Virus record (IMG/VR): IMGVR_UViG_3300031857_000175
Location: 1-62,241 of that record
Strand: one strand, 5' to 3'
Length of the DNA stretch: 62,241 nt
Source: a virus
Taxonomy: Duplodnaviria; Caudoviricetes
Shown here: positions 1 to 9,056 of the stretch, one piece after another
Numbering within the stretch: position 1 is the stretch's first letter
Layout: the number at the start of each line of letters is the position of its first letter
Notes under the pieces: generated by a model
Told to the model about the DNA's origin: nothing
What the model saw: only the letters and a program-made list of their open reading frames with translations
The model's database searches: none
Made by a program: the position numbers and the translations under genes

Positions 1-7
1 TAAGATC

Positions 8-2233
8 ATGAAGGCCATGGACACGCTTGAAGGCCTTATGAACAAGCAGGACGCTGGCGCCGCCACGGCCTACGCGTCCATGGTCACAGGTCATCGCCCT
101 AACATCTTCACGTCTCTGACGCCCGATAAAATGCGGGTCTATCGCGGAGATATGAAGAAGTCGCACTCCCTCGATTACTTTATCGAGAAGGCTGACTCGC
201 GTGACGCGATGCACCCCAACCGCTTCCACTTCATGGTGGAGCACCCCTCACAGGGCGCCTTCATCTCGAATATCTACGATCCAGCCCTTGCGGACTACGC
301 TGCCAACGGAGGCTCTTTCGCCGAGCCTACCGAGGCTTTCGCCACGGTTGGTCTGAAAAATGTTGATTTTAGCGTAATACGACATCACGCCAACCTTCGC
401 AGGGCTGCGGACGCGATGTCCAAGAGCGTCCCGGTTAAGATGACGGACTCCGACTTCCATCAAGGGATGTCTGCCGTTAATCAGGTGATCATGAACGTCT
501 CGGACGCCGTTGCCCGCAACTACGGGCACGGAAAATCCCCGGACGGAATGGTCTACATGCCAGTTCCCATGTCCGTTGCCGCCGTGGACGAAGCTGGTGG
601 GCATCAGTACTGGCCCGACACTTTCAAAAAGCGCGAGGACTACATCGAAAATCGGGGGCTGGGCATGGATCTTGATCAAGAGGTGGATGAGGTCCTCAAC
701 GAGGCGGGCGACATCGCCGAATCGTCTGGAGATGAAGGCGAGGAGGGTGCCGACAGCGAAGAAGCGGATGTCGAATCCGATTCTGACGATGAATCTGAGG
801 CCGAGTCCGATCTCGAAGAGTCCGACACGCGCGGAGAAGATCTCAAAAAGTCGTACGATGGTATTAACTTCACACCTCCCGCAGGTGTCAGGTCCGCCTG
901 CCGCGCTGGCTTGAAGCTCAAGGAGCAGGGTCACGGTGGAGAAGGTCTTGTCAGCGCGACTGTGGCTTGGGCTCGCCGCCTCGCGGCTGGCCAGAAAATT
1001 TCACCTGCCAAGGCTCGCAAGATGAACGCGTGGTTCGCCCGCCATTCGGTTGGCAGCAGCTCGCGGACGCTGGGAGACAAGACCTCCCCCGCTTGGGTCG
1101 CTTGGCAGCTTTGGGGCGGAAACGCCGGAAAGTCTTGGTCTGCTAAACTCGTCAAGCAGATGGAGTCCCGTGGCAAGGTGAAGAAGTCCGAGACTCCTCC
1201 GCCTGTGCCGGAGGGCATCGCTATCTACATGACGCCAAAGTACCTTAAGGACGTCGCACCTGACGTTCTGAAAAGCCTTACGCAGCAAGTCTCTGCTGCT
1301 GTAAACAAGGAGCCTAGCGAATGCGGAACCTCTCTCAGCGTGGAAAAGATCTACTCCAGCGAGCCCTTGCCTACCCACTCCCCGAGCCAGACCGAAAAGT
1401 CTGTCTCGACGACGACGATTGCGGAAGCGAAGTCGAAGACTGCTTCCCCCTCCCCCGGGCTTTCAGCGCCCCTGGAAAGCTCAAAAAGGACGGAGCCCCT
1501 CCAGCAGCTCCCAGAGCGTCCGGAGCTCCCCCGCGACCTTCTGGCCGACCCCAAAGTCCGGCAGGTTCTGGCAGCCAGCGTTCTCGCCAGCTTGCGCGGG
1601 ACAATCCGGCCGCAATCAGTCGTTGAGGCCCTCGGGCTCGCCTTGACTTGCGACGGTAACGGGATGCTTCGAGCCCTTGAGGCTGGAATTATAAAGGCCG
1701 GTGACAAGCCGGGCCCTCAGGCCGCTCCAGAAGGAGCGGTGTCTCGCTACGCTGACGGTACCGTCGTCGAGAAGCGCGGCGGTAAGTGGCATGAGGTTGA
1801 GAGCGATAAGGGCAAGCCAGACGAGGATCGCTCTCAAAGCGGAAAGGGCAAGAAGTCGGACCCAAAGACCAAGCATCGTCAGGCTAAGGCCCTCGTCGGA
1901 AAGCTTCGCGAGCGCCTCAGCCAGATGAAGAACAAGGGTGCCTCTGAGAAGGAGATGAGCGTCGTCCGCTCCAAGATCAAGCAGGTCAAGCAGCGTATGC
2001 GCTCGATGAGCAAGTCCTACGATCCTTTTGCTGAGTGGCAGCGTGGGCGAGCGGTCGAGCAGCTGAAGAAGTCTGCGGACTATTGCAAGTACATGGGGTA
2101 CAAGCGAGCTGAGCAGCTTCTGTACGCCGTCGCAGCGGACGACACTCCCTCCGAGATCACGGTCGCGGTTAAGGCCGCAACGCGCACCCTCGGAACTCGG
2201 TTCAGCACCCTCTTGGAAAAGGCAATCAAGTGA
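8..2233 (+). CDS. Head-associated/internal head protein, multi-domain, probably 5'-truncated by the window
   Basis: The frame is open to the window edge and the stop overlaps the portal start (GTGA). It has an acidic linker, a phage-type domain (ARKMNAWFARH...SPAWVAWQLWGGNAG) and about 10 hydrophobic-x-K-S/A motifs also seen in the scaffold and capsid. Confidence 0.55.
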   Translation: MKAMDTLEGLMNKQDAGAATAYASMVTGHRPNIFTSLTPDKMRVYRGDMKKSHSLDYFIEKADSRDAMHPNRFHFMVEHPSQGAFISNIYDPALADYAANGGSFAEPTEAFATVGLKNVDFSVIRHHANLRRAADAMSKSVPVKMTDSDFHQGMSAVNQVIMNVSDAVARNYGHGKSPDGMVYMPVPMSVAAVDEAGGHQYWPDTFKKREDYIENRGLGMDLDQEVDEVLNEAGDIAESSGDEGEEGADSEEADVESDSDDESEAESDLEESDTRGEDLKKSYDGINFTPPAGVRSACRAGLKLKEQGHGGEGLVSATVAWARRLAAGQKISPAKARKMNAWFARHSVGSSSRTLGDKTSPAWVAWQLWGGNAGKSWSAKLVKQMESRGKVKKSETPPPVPEGIAIYMTPKYLKDVAPDVLKSLTQQVSAAVNKEPSECGTSLSVEKIYSSEPLPTHSPSQTEKSVSTTTIAEAKSKTASPSPGLSAPLESSKRTEPLQQLPERPELPRDLLADPKVRQVLAASVLASLRGTIRPQSVVEALGLALTCDGNGMLRALEAGIIKAGDKPGPQAAPEGAVSRYADGTVVEKRGGKWHEVESDKGKPDEDRSQSGKGKKSDPKTKHRQAKALVGKLRERLSQMKNKGASEKEMSVVRSKIKQVKQRMRSMSKSYDPFAEWQRGRAVEQLKKSADYCKYMGYKRAEQLLYAVAADDTPSEITVAVKAATRTLGTRFSTLLEKAIK

Positions 2234-3720
2234 AAGAGCAACCCACCAAGCCAACCTCTACCGAAGTGAAGAAGGTCGGGCGCCGGTGGGTTGCGGTTTC
2301 CCCCCCGCGATCCGCCAACGCTGATTTTATCAACGACGCGCACCTGATGGCCCGCACCGGGTCGACGGGGGACTATCACTACGGAACGCTCAGCATCACG
2401 TATGACATGCTCGAGCAGATGGCCAACGTTCCGCAGATCGCAGGCATCCTGCAGACGCGGACAAACCAAGCTACTGACTGGGCGCGGGCGCAGGAAAATC
2501 CGATCGACATCGGATGGCGCCTGCGGATGGAAAAGCGCCAAGCGCTCCCCCTCAGAAAAGATCGCGTGGCGATCGAAAAGGCCGCCGAAGTTATCTCGCG
2601 CGCCGGCGCAGAGTGGCTTCCGGGCGGTTTCGAGCAGTTCCTGCGCGTCATCGTCCCGGACACCCTCACCTACGATCAGGTGAACTTTGAAATCATCCGG
2701 GAGAAGGACGGGACCCCGTACGCCTTTATCCCAGTCGATCCAAAAACTATTCGCCGAGCTATCCCTACCCAAGAGATTTATGGCGGAGAGCCTGCTCCAC
2801 GCTACGGTCGCTGGGACTTCAACGAGGGCTTCGTCCAGGTCATGAACTCTGGCGAGATCGTGAACTACTACGAGCCTGGGAACATGGCTTGGGGTATTCG
2901 CCGTCCGCGATCGAACATCAAGTTTTCCGGCTATGGGCACCCTGAGCTTGAGCAGCTGGCTACGATCATCACTGGCCTTGTGAACGCTCAGACCTTCAAT
3001 CAGGTCAACTTCACGACCGGTATTCACGCCCACACGGCCCTCGTCTTGAAGTCCGCTTGGGACCAGAACCGATTTAACGAGTTCCGGCGAGAGATTCAGA
3101 CTTCGATGGCGGGCGGTCGCAACTTTAAGCGAGTCCCAGTTATTCAGCTCTCCAACCAGCTTCAGGAAGAGCTCGAGGCCATCACCCTCGGTAAATCGAA
3201 CGCCGAGATGGAGTTCGCCGAGTGGATTAACTGGCTCCTGAAGGTCGCCTGCTCGCTTTATGCGATCGACCCCTCTGAGATGGGTTACATTTTTGGAGCT
3301 GAGGGCATGCGCTCGCAGCTGATAAATGCGTCCCCCACGGATCGAATTCTTCAGTCGAAGGAGCGTGGCCTTCGACCCTTGCTCAGGGCAATCCAGACTT
3401 GGATCGACTACTACGTCATCAAGCCTACGTGGCCCCAGCTTAAGTTCGAGTTCGCCGGTTTCGATGCGAGTAACGAGCGTGAGCGCCATGACATGGACAT
3501 GTCTGCGATCACTACGTACCGCACGCCAAACGAAATTCGTGCAGAACGAGGTCTCGAACCTCTAGCGACACCTATTGCTGACCTGCCACTTAATGCGTTT
3601 TTCTCACAAGCAGCCCAGAAGATTTTGGAAAATGAGGTCGCGCCGCCGCAGTTCGATATCGATACTGTTGGGGCTTTTGTTGATGGAAGGCGACTTCCAC
3701 CGTTGACAAAGCCCGCGTGA
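2230..3720 (+). CDS. Portal protein (SPO1/Twort-like)
   Basis: Motifs RRPRSNIKFSGYGHPELE, MEFAEWINWLLKVACSLYAIDPSEM, SKERGLRPLL and TPNEIRAERGLEPL match HK97-family/Herelleviridae portals. It lies upstream of the protease and capsid genes. Confidence 0.93.
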   Translation: MKEQPTKPTSTEVKKVGRRWVAVSPPRSANADFINDAHLMARTGSTGDYHYGTLSITYDMLEQMANVPQIAGILQTRTNQATDWARAQENPIDIGWRLRMEKRQALPLRKDRVAIEKAAEVISRAGAEWLPGGFEQFLRVIVPDTLTYDQVNFEIIREKDGTPYAFIPVDPKTIRRAIPTQEIYGGEPAPRYGRWDFNEGFVQVMNSGEIVNYYEPGNMAWGIRRPRSNIKFSGYGHPELEQLATIITGLVNAQTFNQVNFTTGIHAHTALVLKSAWDQNRFNEFRREIQTSMAGGRNFKRVPVIQLSNQLQEELEAITLGKSNAEMEFAEWINWLLKVACSLYAIDPSEMGYIFGAEGMRSQLINASPTDRILQSKERGLRPLLRAIQTWIDYYVIKPTWPQLKFEFAGFDASNERERHDMDMSAITTYRTPNEIRAERGLEPLATPIADLPLNAFFSQAAQKILENEVAPPQFDIDTVGAFVDGRRLPPLTKPA

Positions 3721-3765
3721 ACGCATTTTATAGCTTCGGGTTTCGGAGAATCTTAAAGTTAACGC

Positions 3766-4476
3766 ATGTCTTCGTACGTAGCACTTCAGTCCTCAGGCGA
3801 TTTCTTGGCTTGGCTTCCTGCCGACATTACGGTGTCGTCTCCGATAGCCAAGTCAGGCAGTGATGGAGAAACCAAGCTGCTCGCTCCGATCAGCGGCGTC
3901 GCTTCTAGCGAAGCTGCCGATGCGGATGAGGACGAGATCGACCAGACCGGACTGGACTGGTCGTTCTGTCTGAACAAGGGCATTTTTACGTACGAGCACC
4001 CAGTCGACATCAGTCGCCTGGCAGGCTATCCGGAGAAGGTCGAGCAAGTTCGACTCTCTAGCGGCAAGCTTGCGACCCGCGTTAGCGGACAGCTCTATCT
4101 CAATCGCCCCTTTGGGAAACTCGTTTACGACACCCAGAAAGCAATGGCCGAAGCTGGTGGACGTCGCACACTGGGCTTTTCCATCGAAGGGCGAGTCCTC
4201 CCTGGCGGCAGAAAGGGCAAGCGAGTTACTAAAGCGCAGGTCATGTCTATCGCTATTAGCCCTGTTCCTAAAAATCCGGATACGTGGATGGATATCGCAG
4301 CTTCTATGTTCGCTCGCGGACATAGTCGTTCGACTGTTAATGCAGTTATGGCTGCAGTGGACGCAGATCCTACACTTCTGAATAAGGATCAGGTCACCAA
4401 CCGGCTTGTTAGAGAGTTTCGACACCTGACCTGGGAGCAGGCCGAGAAGCTCGCAGATGTTATCATGGCTGGCTGA
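3766..4476 (+). CDS. Prohead (capsid maturation) protease
   Basis: ISGVASSEAADADEDEIDQTGLDW, YEH (His), LGFSIEG (Ser) and IAISPVPKNPDT; located between portal and capsid. Confidence 0.9.
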   Translation: MSSYVALQSSGDFLAWLPADITVSSPIAKSGSDGETKLLAPISGVASSEAADADEDEIDQTGLDWSFCLNKGIFTYEHPVDISRLAGYPEKVEQVRLSSGKLATRVSGQLYLNRPFGKLVYDTQKAMAEAGGRRTLGFSIEGRVLPGGRKGKRVTKAQVMSIAISPVPKNPDTWMDIAASMFARGHSRSTVNAVMAAVDADPTLLNKDQVTNRLVREFRHLTWEQAEKLADVIMAG

Positions 4477-4501
4477 CCCAGCTACACCCTAAGGAGCAAT
4501 C

Positions 4502-5158
4502 ATGAAAGCAAGCGAGCGACTCGCGAAGCTTCGGGACCTTCAGGTCCCCGAGGCGCAGGCTATGGATCTGGTGAAGTCGGCCATCTCGGCTGGCGAGGTT
4601 GAGAACGATCTCGAGCAGGCCTCGACGATCGACGTCAAGAAGCTTGAGGGCATCCTCGAAGAGCTGCGCAAGTCGCAGGCGGCGGTCGCTGAGCCCGTCC
4701 AGCCGATTATCCCGGCGACCGCCGGTCTCGAGCTGACCGGACTCTTCAACGCCACCGTTGCTGAGGTCAAGGCCGAGACGAGCAAGCTTTCGAAGGCGCT
4801 CGTCAGCATTGGCGAGATGATTTCGGAGCTGACGGTTCACCTGACGTCGCTCGACCAGCGCAACGCTGAGATCGCGAAGTCGCTCAGTGGTGCGCCGCGC
4901 GCGGCTGCCACGCCCGTCCCCCAGTCGGTCATCGGCGCTGTCACCAGCGCTCCCTCGCCCCACGATCAGCTCGCCGCTGGCCACTCGCCGGACGACATTG
5001 TTCGTCTGCGCAAGAGCCTCGTCGGTAAGCTGACGACCGAGCTCCGTGCTGGTGGCACGAATGACGCTCGTCGTCTTGAGCTTGCTACCGCCCTCGCCAA
5101 CGCCGCCTCGGCCAATGACCCCGCCGCCTTCGCCAAGAGCGTCGGCATCAGCCTGTAA
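4502..5158 (+). CDS. Putative scaffolding protein
   Basis: Helical/coiled-coil sequence between protease and capsid with RBS AAGGAG. Repeated LVKS/LRKS/IAKS/FAKS motifs. Confidence 0.65.
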   Translation: MKASERLAKLRDLQVPEAQAMDLVKSAISAGEVENDLEQASTIDVKKLEGILEELRKSQAAVAEPVQPIIPATAGLELTGLFNATVAEVKAETSKLSKALVSIGEMISELTVHLTSLDQRNAEIAKSLSGAPRAAATPVPQSVIGAVTSAPSPHDQLAAGHSPDDIVRLRKSLVGKLTTELRAGGTNDARRLELATALANAASANDPAAFAKSVGISL

Positions 5159-5169
5159 GGAGAAACCAC

Positions 5170-6720
5170 ATGTTTGATCTCGAGTCGCTCAAGGCCGACG
5201 CTCTTAATGGCGGCGGACTCGTTTCCAAGATGGCCCATGCTCTTGCCGAGGCTGAGGTTGGTAACCTCGAGCCGATGGTGAAGTCGGGTCTTTTCAATGC
5301 CGACCTCCAGCGCGCGGGCGTTTCGCTCTCGAAGGCTGAGGGCGTTAACTACCCGCTGCAGGGCGTTCCGTTCGGTTCGCAGGACCTGCCGCAGGGCCAG
5401 TTTGCCCCGCTCGTTCCCCAGTCGATCGACAACGTCCTCACCTCGATCACCTTCAGCGACAAGCACCTGAAGCTGTTCAAGATGATCCCGCGTAAGTCGT
5501 GGGGCTCGACGGTTTACGAGTACGCGCAGATCGTGACCAACGGTTCGGAAGGCCTCGACGGCTTCGTCGGCGAGGGTTCGGTCGGCGGTCTGAGCGAGGC
5601 GTCGTACCGCCGCGCCGTGGCGCAGATCAAGTACCTGACCGAGTACTTCGAAGTCACCGACGTGGCGACGATGATCACGGGTACGCTGGCCAACCAGAAC
5701 CTCCTCTCGATGCGCACGCAGCAGGCTACCCTGCACCTCGCGCGTAAGATCGAGGAGCAGGTCCTCTGGGCTGACAGCTCGCTCTCGCCCAACCACTGGG
5801 ACGGCATTATCTCGCAGGTGAAGAAGGAGGCCCCGGCCAACTTCCTCAACTCGAATGGTGCTCGCGTTGACGCCGACCGCCTTCAGCAGCTCGCCGCTCT
5901 GATTGAGCAGGGACCGCGCTGGGGTACCCCCGAGGTCTGCTTCGTCACGTCCGAGCACTACCGTAACCTCGCGCAGGAGCTCGACCTGTACGCCCGCGCG
6001 AAGTACAACGAGGGCACGAAGAACTTCCGCCTCGGCGCGGATGGCATCGAGTTCGTGACGCCGTTCGGTAACGTCGTCAAGCTCATGCCCCTGTTCTTCC
6101 TCGATCGCGGTCGTAAGACCCCGATCCCGACCGCCGTTGGCGACGGGGCTCCGGACCCGGTCCTCCCGTCGGTCAATGCCACGGTTGCTCCGGTCGCCGG
6201 CAGTAACTTCACGGCGGCTGACGCTGCTCGTGACTGGTACTTCGCGTTCGAGATCGTCGGTGACGAGGGCACGACCCCGACTGGCATCATCGGCCCTGTC
6301 GATGACGTCATCGAGGGTGGCGCGGTCACCTTTACGATGGCCGATGCGCTTGTTCCCCGTCAGGGTTCGAAGTCGATCCGCTACGTCCGCGTTTTCGCGG
6401 CGTCGGTGGCTTCCGGCGCGGACGCTCCGGACATCTCGCGCTTCCGCCCGGCTGGCTCGTTCCCGCGCAACTCGGCGGGCATGGGCGGCAGCACGTCGCA
6501 CGACATGCTCCTCGAGGTTCGCCCGGACGCGGCCCCGATCATCATCTCGGAGTGGAACTCCAGCATCGTTCAGATGCTTGAGCTCCTGCCGATGATGCGT
6601 CGCCCGCTGCCCGTGCCGCGCGCCCTGAAGCAGCAGTTTGCGCTGCTCTACTTCGCGGCCCCGGTTGTTATGCAGCCGAACAAGATGATCATCGACATGA
6701 ACGTCGAGTCGCGTACCTGA
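5170..6720 (+). CDS. Major capsid protein (Herelleviridae-like, with insertion domain)
   Basis: APLVPQSIDNVLTSITFSDKHLKLFKMIPRKSWGSTVYEY resembles the N-terminal region of SPO1/A511/K capsids. Strong codon bias, RBS AAGGAG, followed by a terminator. Confidence 0.92.
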   Translation: MFDLESLKADALNGGGLVSKMAHALAEAEVGNLEPMVKSGLFNADLQRAGVSLSKAEGVNYPLQGVPFGSQDLPQGQFAPLVPQSIDNVLTSITFSDKHLKLFKMIPRKSWGSTVYEYAQIVTNGSEGLDGFVGEGSVGGLSEASYRRAVAQIKYLTEYFEVTDVATMITGTLANQNLLSMRTQQATLHLARKIEEQVLWADSSLSPNHWDGIISQVKKEAPANFLNSNGARVDADRLQQLAALIEQGPRWGTPEVCFVTSEHYRNLAQELDLYARAKYNEGTKNFRLGADGIEFVTPFGNVVKLMPLFFLDRGRKTPIPTAVGDGAPDPVLPSVNATVAPVAGSNFTAADAARDWYFAFEIVGDEGTTPTGIIGPVDDVIEGGAVTFTMADALVPRQGSKSIRYVRVFAASVASGADAPDISRFRPAGSFPRNSAGMGGSTSHDMLLEVRPDAAPIIISEWNSSIVQMLELLPMMRRPLPVPRALKQQFALLYFAAPVVMQPNKMIIDMNVESRT

Positions 6721-6736
6721 TCAACTTGTGATAAAT

Positions 6737-6769
6737 AAAAGGGGAGGGTCGCAAGGCCCTCCCCTTTTT
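6737..6769 (+). terminator. Rho-independent terminator after the capsid gene (possibly bidirectional)
   Basis: AAAA-GGGGAGGGTC-GCAA-GGCCCTCCCC-TTTTT: 10-bp stem with one G-U pair, GNRA loop and U-tract. Confidence 0.92.
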
Positions 6770-6782
6770 GTTTGGAGGAATC

Positions 6783-7277
6783 GTGAAAGTTTACGCACAT
6801 AAATGGTTGAAGAATAACGAGCGAGTCTGCATCGGATCTTTCCGCACTATCTGCTCCTCGCCCTTTGGAATCCTTGAGCCACAACCCACGGACCCTAAAG
6901 ACATCCACATTATTGTGATCTCACGCGCCTGTGAGATGGTTGACGGCAAGCCCAAGGCAGAGCCTGGGGCAGATCATGTCGAGTCCACCGTTCTTAAGCA
7001 GAATCCCGTTGTCGAGGTTTTCGCCATCGAAGACGTCACGAAGGACGTGGATCTAGGCGAGATGGCCGAGGCCGCTGAGCGCATTTCTGCCGAAAACGAG
7101 GAAGTTTCGACGGTAGTTTCAGAGCCAGTTTCGGCTGTAGTCGAAGAGCCAAAAGACTTCGCGAACTATAGTACTTCTGAGCTCATGAAGCTGTGTGATA
7201 GCTTGGGTATTAAGGCGAGGAAGAACGCTACTCGCGCTTCCCTCGTAGAGAAGTTGGTGGCCGCTGCGCGAGGTTGA
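6783..7277 (+). CDS. Hypothetical protein with C-terminal HeH/Rho-N-like helical domain
   Basis: GTG start chosen at 6783 after GGAGG. C-terminal YSTSELMKLCDSLGIKARKNATRASLVEKL is a helix-extension-helix pattern common just downstream of capsid genes. Confidence 0.65.
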   Translation: MKVYAHKWLKNNERVCIGSFRTICSSPFGILEPQPTDPKDIHIIVISRACEMVDGKPKAEPGADHVESTVLKQNPVVEVFAIEDVTKDVDLGEMAEAAERISAENEEVSTVVSEPVSAVVEEPKDFANYSTSELMKLCDSLGIKARKNATRASLVEKLVAAARG

Positions 7278-7278
7278 C

Positions 7279-8217
7279 ATGGCCCTTACAGATATTGTTA
7301 CGCCAGCCTACCTTCGCACCTACCTGTCAGGTGTGGAGTTTTACAATCGCTCCAACGTCCCATACATCCCCGACGATGTGTTTACGATGCACATCAACGC
7401 GGCGGTGTCTCAGCTTGAGTCAGAGCTGAGCCTTCCGCTGCGCGGGGCTGTCGGAGCCAGTTCCACGCAAAGCTTGGACGTAGTCGATTGGGACATGAGC
7501 CGGTGGAACCTTCACCGCCTTCCGGTTCGACCAGTCAACAGGATTACAGCAATCCGCCTGCAGTACTCTAACTACCCGTCGTGGGAACTGCCCAAGGACT
7601 GGGTTGTCATTCGATCTCGCGAACAGGGTGCCATCCAAGTACTTCCCGGTGCTGGTAACATTCGTTACCTGCAGGGGCCTTGGGTAAAGTACGCTTACAT
7701 CAACTTCAACAGCGTAACGCCTGCGTACCTGCACATCGATTACGACACCGGGTTTGAGCAGGTTCTAGGGACTGGAGAGGTAGATCCTCTCAGCTCCACC
7801 TTGTCCGTCACGACAACAGACGGCAAGCCCATGGCCAACAGGATTATCCCAGGCTCTTGGGTGCTATTGGACGGGGACCCGTACCAGATCAGCAAGGTGC
7901 GCAACACCAGCTTAGAGCTCTCTAAGCCCGTGACAGCAGGCTACACGGGGGAGGTCCTACTGGCCGATTACGACAGCCTTGTCATCAGCGCTGTCTTAGC
8001 CTCGTCTGCCCAACCCATATTGGAAATGCTTGGCACGTTCCTGTACGGGCCTGGTGTCACGTCTAGGAACATCGGCATCGATGGATTGGTCCAGAGCAAG
8101 GGTATCCGAATCGACGGACCTTTCGGTGGTTGGATCAAGCTAAACCAAGACCGCTACGACAAGGCACTGACTGCACTCAGGGCTAAGTGGGGCGCCATCA
8201 ACATGTTGGTGATGTAA
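7279..8217 (+). CDS. Head-tail adaptor (neck) protein
   Basis: Position after the capsid gene. FTMHINAAVSQLESELSL...PVNRITAIRLQY...HIDYDTGF...GVTSRNIGIDGLVQS is an adaptor-type pattern. Confidence 0.7.
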   Translation: MALTDIVTPAYLRTYLSGVEFYNRSNVPYIPDDVFTMHINAAVSQLESELSLPLRGAVGASSTQSLDVVDWDMSRWNLHRLPVRPVNRITAIRLQYSNYPSWELPKDWVVIRSREQGAIQVLPGAGNIRYLQGPWVKYAYINFNSVTPAYLHIDYDTGFEQVLGTGEVDPLSSTLSVTTTDGKPMANRIIPGSWVLLDGDPYQISKVRNTSLELSKPVTAGYTGEVLLADYDSLVISAVLASSAQPILEMLGTFLYGPGVTSRNIGIDGLVQSKGIRIDGPFGGWIKLNQDRYDKALTALRAKWGAINMLVM

Positions 8218-9056
8218 TGAGATTTCCATCCCTTCAGCCTTTTACGCGAGATAACTTCAGGGTCGACCTCATTGAGGAGGATTTTCGTAATCGCGTTTGG
8301 GAGAAGGGGTCGAAAGTAGACTGGCAGCAGGTCTGCGACTGCCCATGCGGTACCACGTCCACCGTGGGCGGGAACACGTCCTCGGTACGTGATTTTCCGT
8401 TGGACTGTCCGCTCTGTTTTGGGCGCGGCAAGGTTTATACCGATCCGCAGGAAATAACGGTCATGATGACCTCCTCGTCTTCTAGCGAGGAGGTCTACAA
8501 TGTCTGGGGTGAGTTCAGCAGCGGGACCGTCTACATTACCTTCCTGCCAGAAAACCTTCCCTTGGAGTGGGACAAGATTGTCCTGAAGGAAGGCTCGCGC
8601 CTTTATTCTGAATCTAGGATCCGAAAGAACACGATAGAGCCGCTCAGGTACCCAATAATAAAGCGCAAGATCGTCTCTGGCTCAGAGAGCAGCTCGACCA
8701 CCCCGGTAGAATCAGAAGTAGGGGTTACGCTTTGTTACCGAGGCATCGATCGAGGTATCTCAAGCACCATCCCCTTGGTGGAAGGTGTAGATTTCTCCGT
8801 GACGGCGGACGGCAGGATAGACTGGACTCTCGGAGTTACATCAGGGAAGGCACCTAAGGTCGGAGAGCGCTACTCCGTCAGGTACTTCTCCAGACCTGTT
8901 TTTGTAGTTCGCGATTTCCCCTACGTCAGAAGAGATTTTTACGAAGAGGTGCGCCGTGAGCTTGTCTACCAGAACTATCCCATAAAAGTTCTCGCCGTTC
9001 TCGAGCACCTTGGCGCCTTTACGACGCAGAACCCGCCACCAGGAGAGAGTCCGTAA
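8217..9056 (+). CDS. Head-closure/neck protein with Cys motif
   Basis: ATG overlaps the previous TAA (TAATG). CDCPC...CPLCFGRG motif as in Twort-like neck proteins. Confidence 0.65.
   Translation: MRFPSLQPFTRDNFRVDLIEEDFRNRVWEKGSKVDWQQVCDCPCGTTSTVGGNTSSVRDFPLDCPLCFGRGKVYTDPQEITVMMTSSSSSEEVYNVWGEFSSGTVYITFLPENLPLEWDKIVLKEGSRLYSESRIRKNTIEPLRYPIIKRKIVSGSESSSTTPVESEVGVTLCYRGIDRGISSTIPLVEGVDFSVTADGRIDWTLGVTSGKAPKVGERYSVRYFSRPVFVVRDFPYVRRDFYEEVRRELVYQNYPIKVLAVLEHLGAFTTQNPPPGESP

Noticed and set aside
3703-3733. TTGACA upstream of the protease as a sigma70 promoter (also TTGACA at 13930)
   Set aside because: No good -10 hexamer at 16-18 nt spacing; the second instance is part of a terminator stem.
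4966-6501. 511-aa antisense ORF over the capsid gene (likewise 2080..3489 over the portal and 11202..13373 over the sheath)
   Set aside because: Shadow ORFs expected from strong codon bias in GC-rich, highly expressed genes; no RBS or recognisable motifs.
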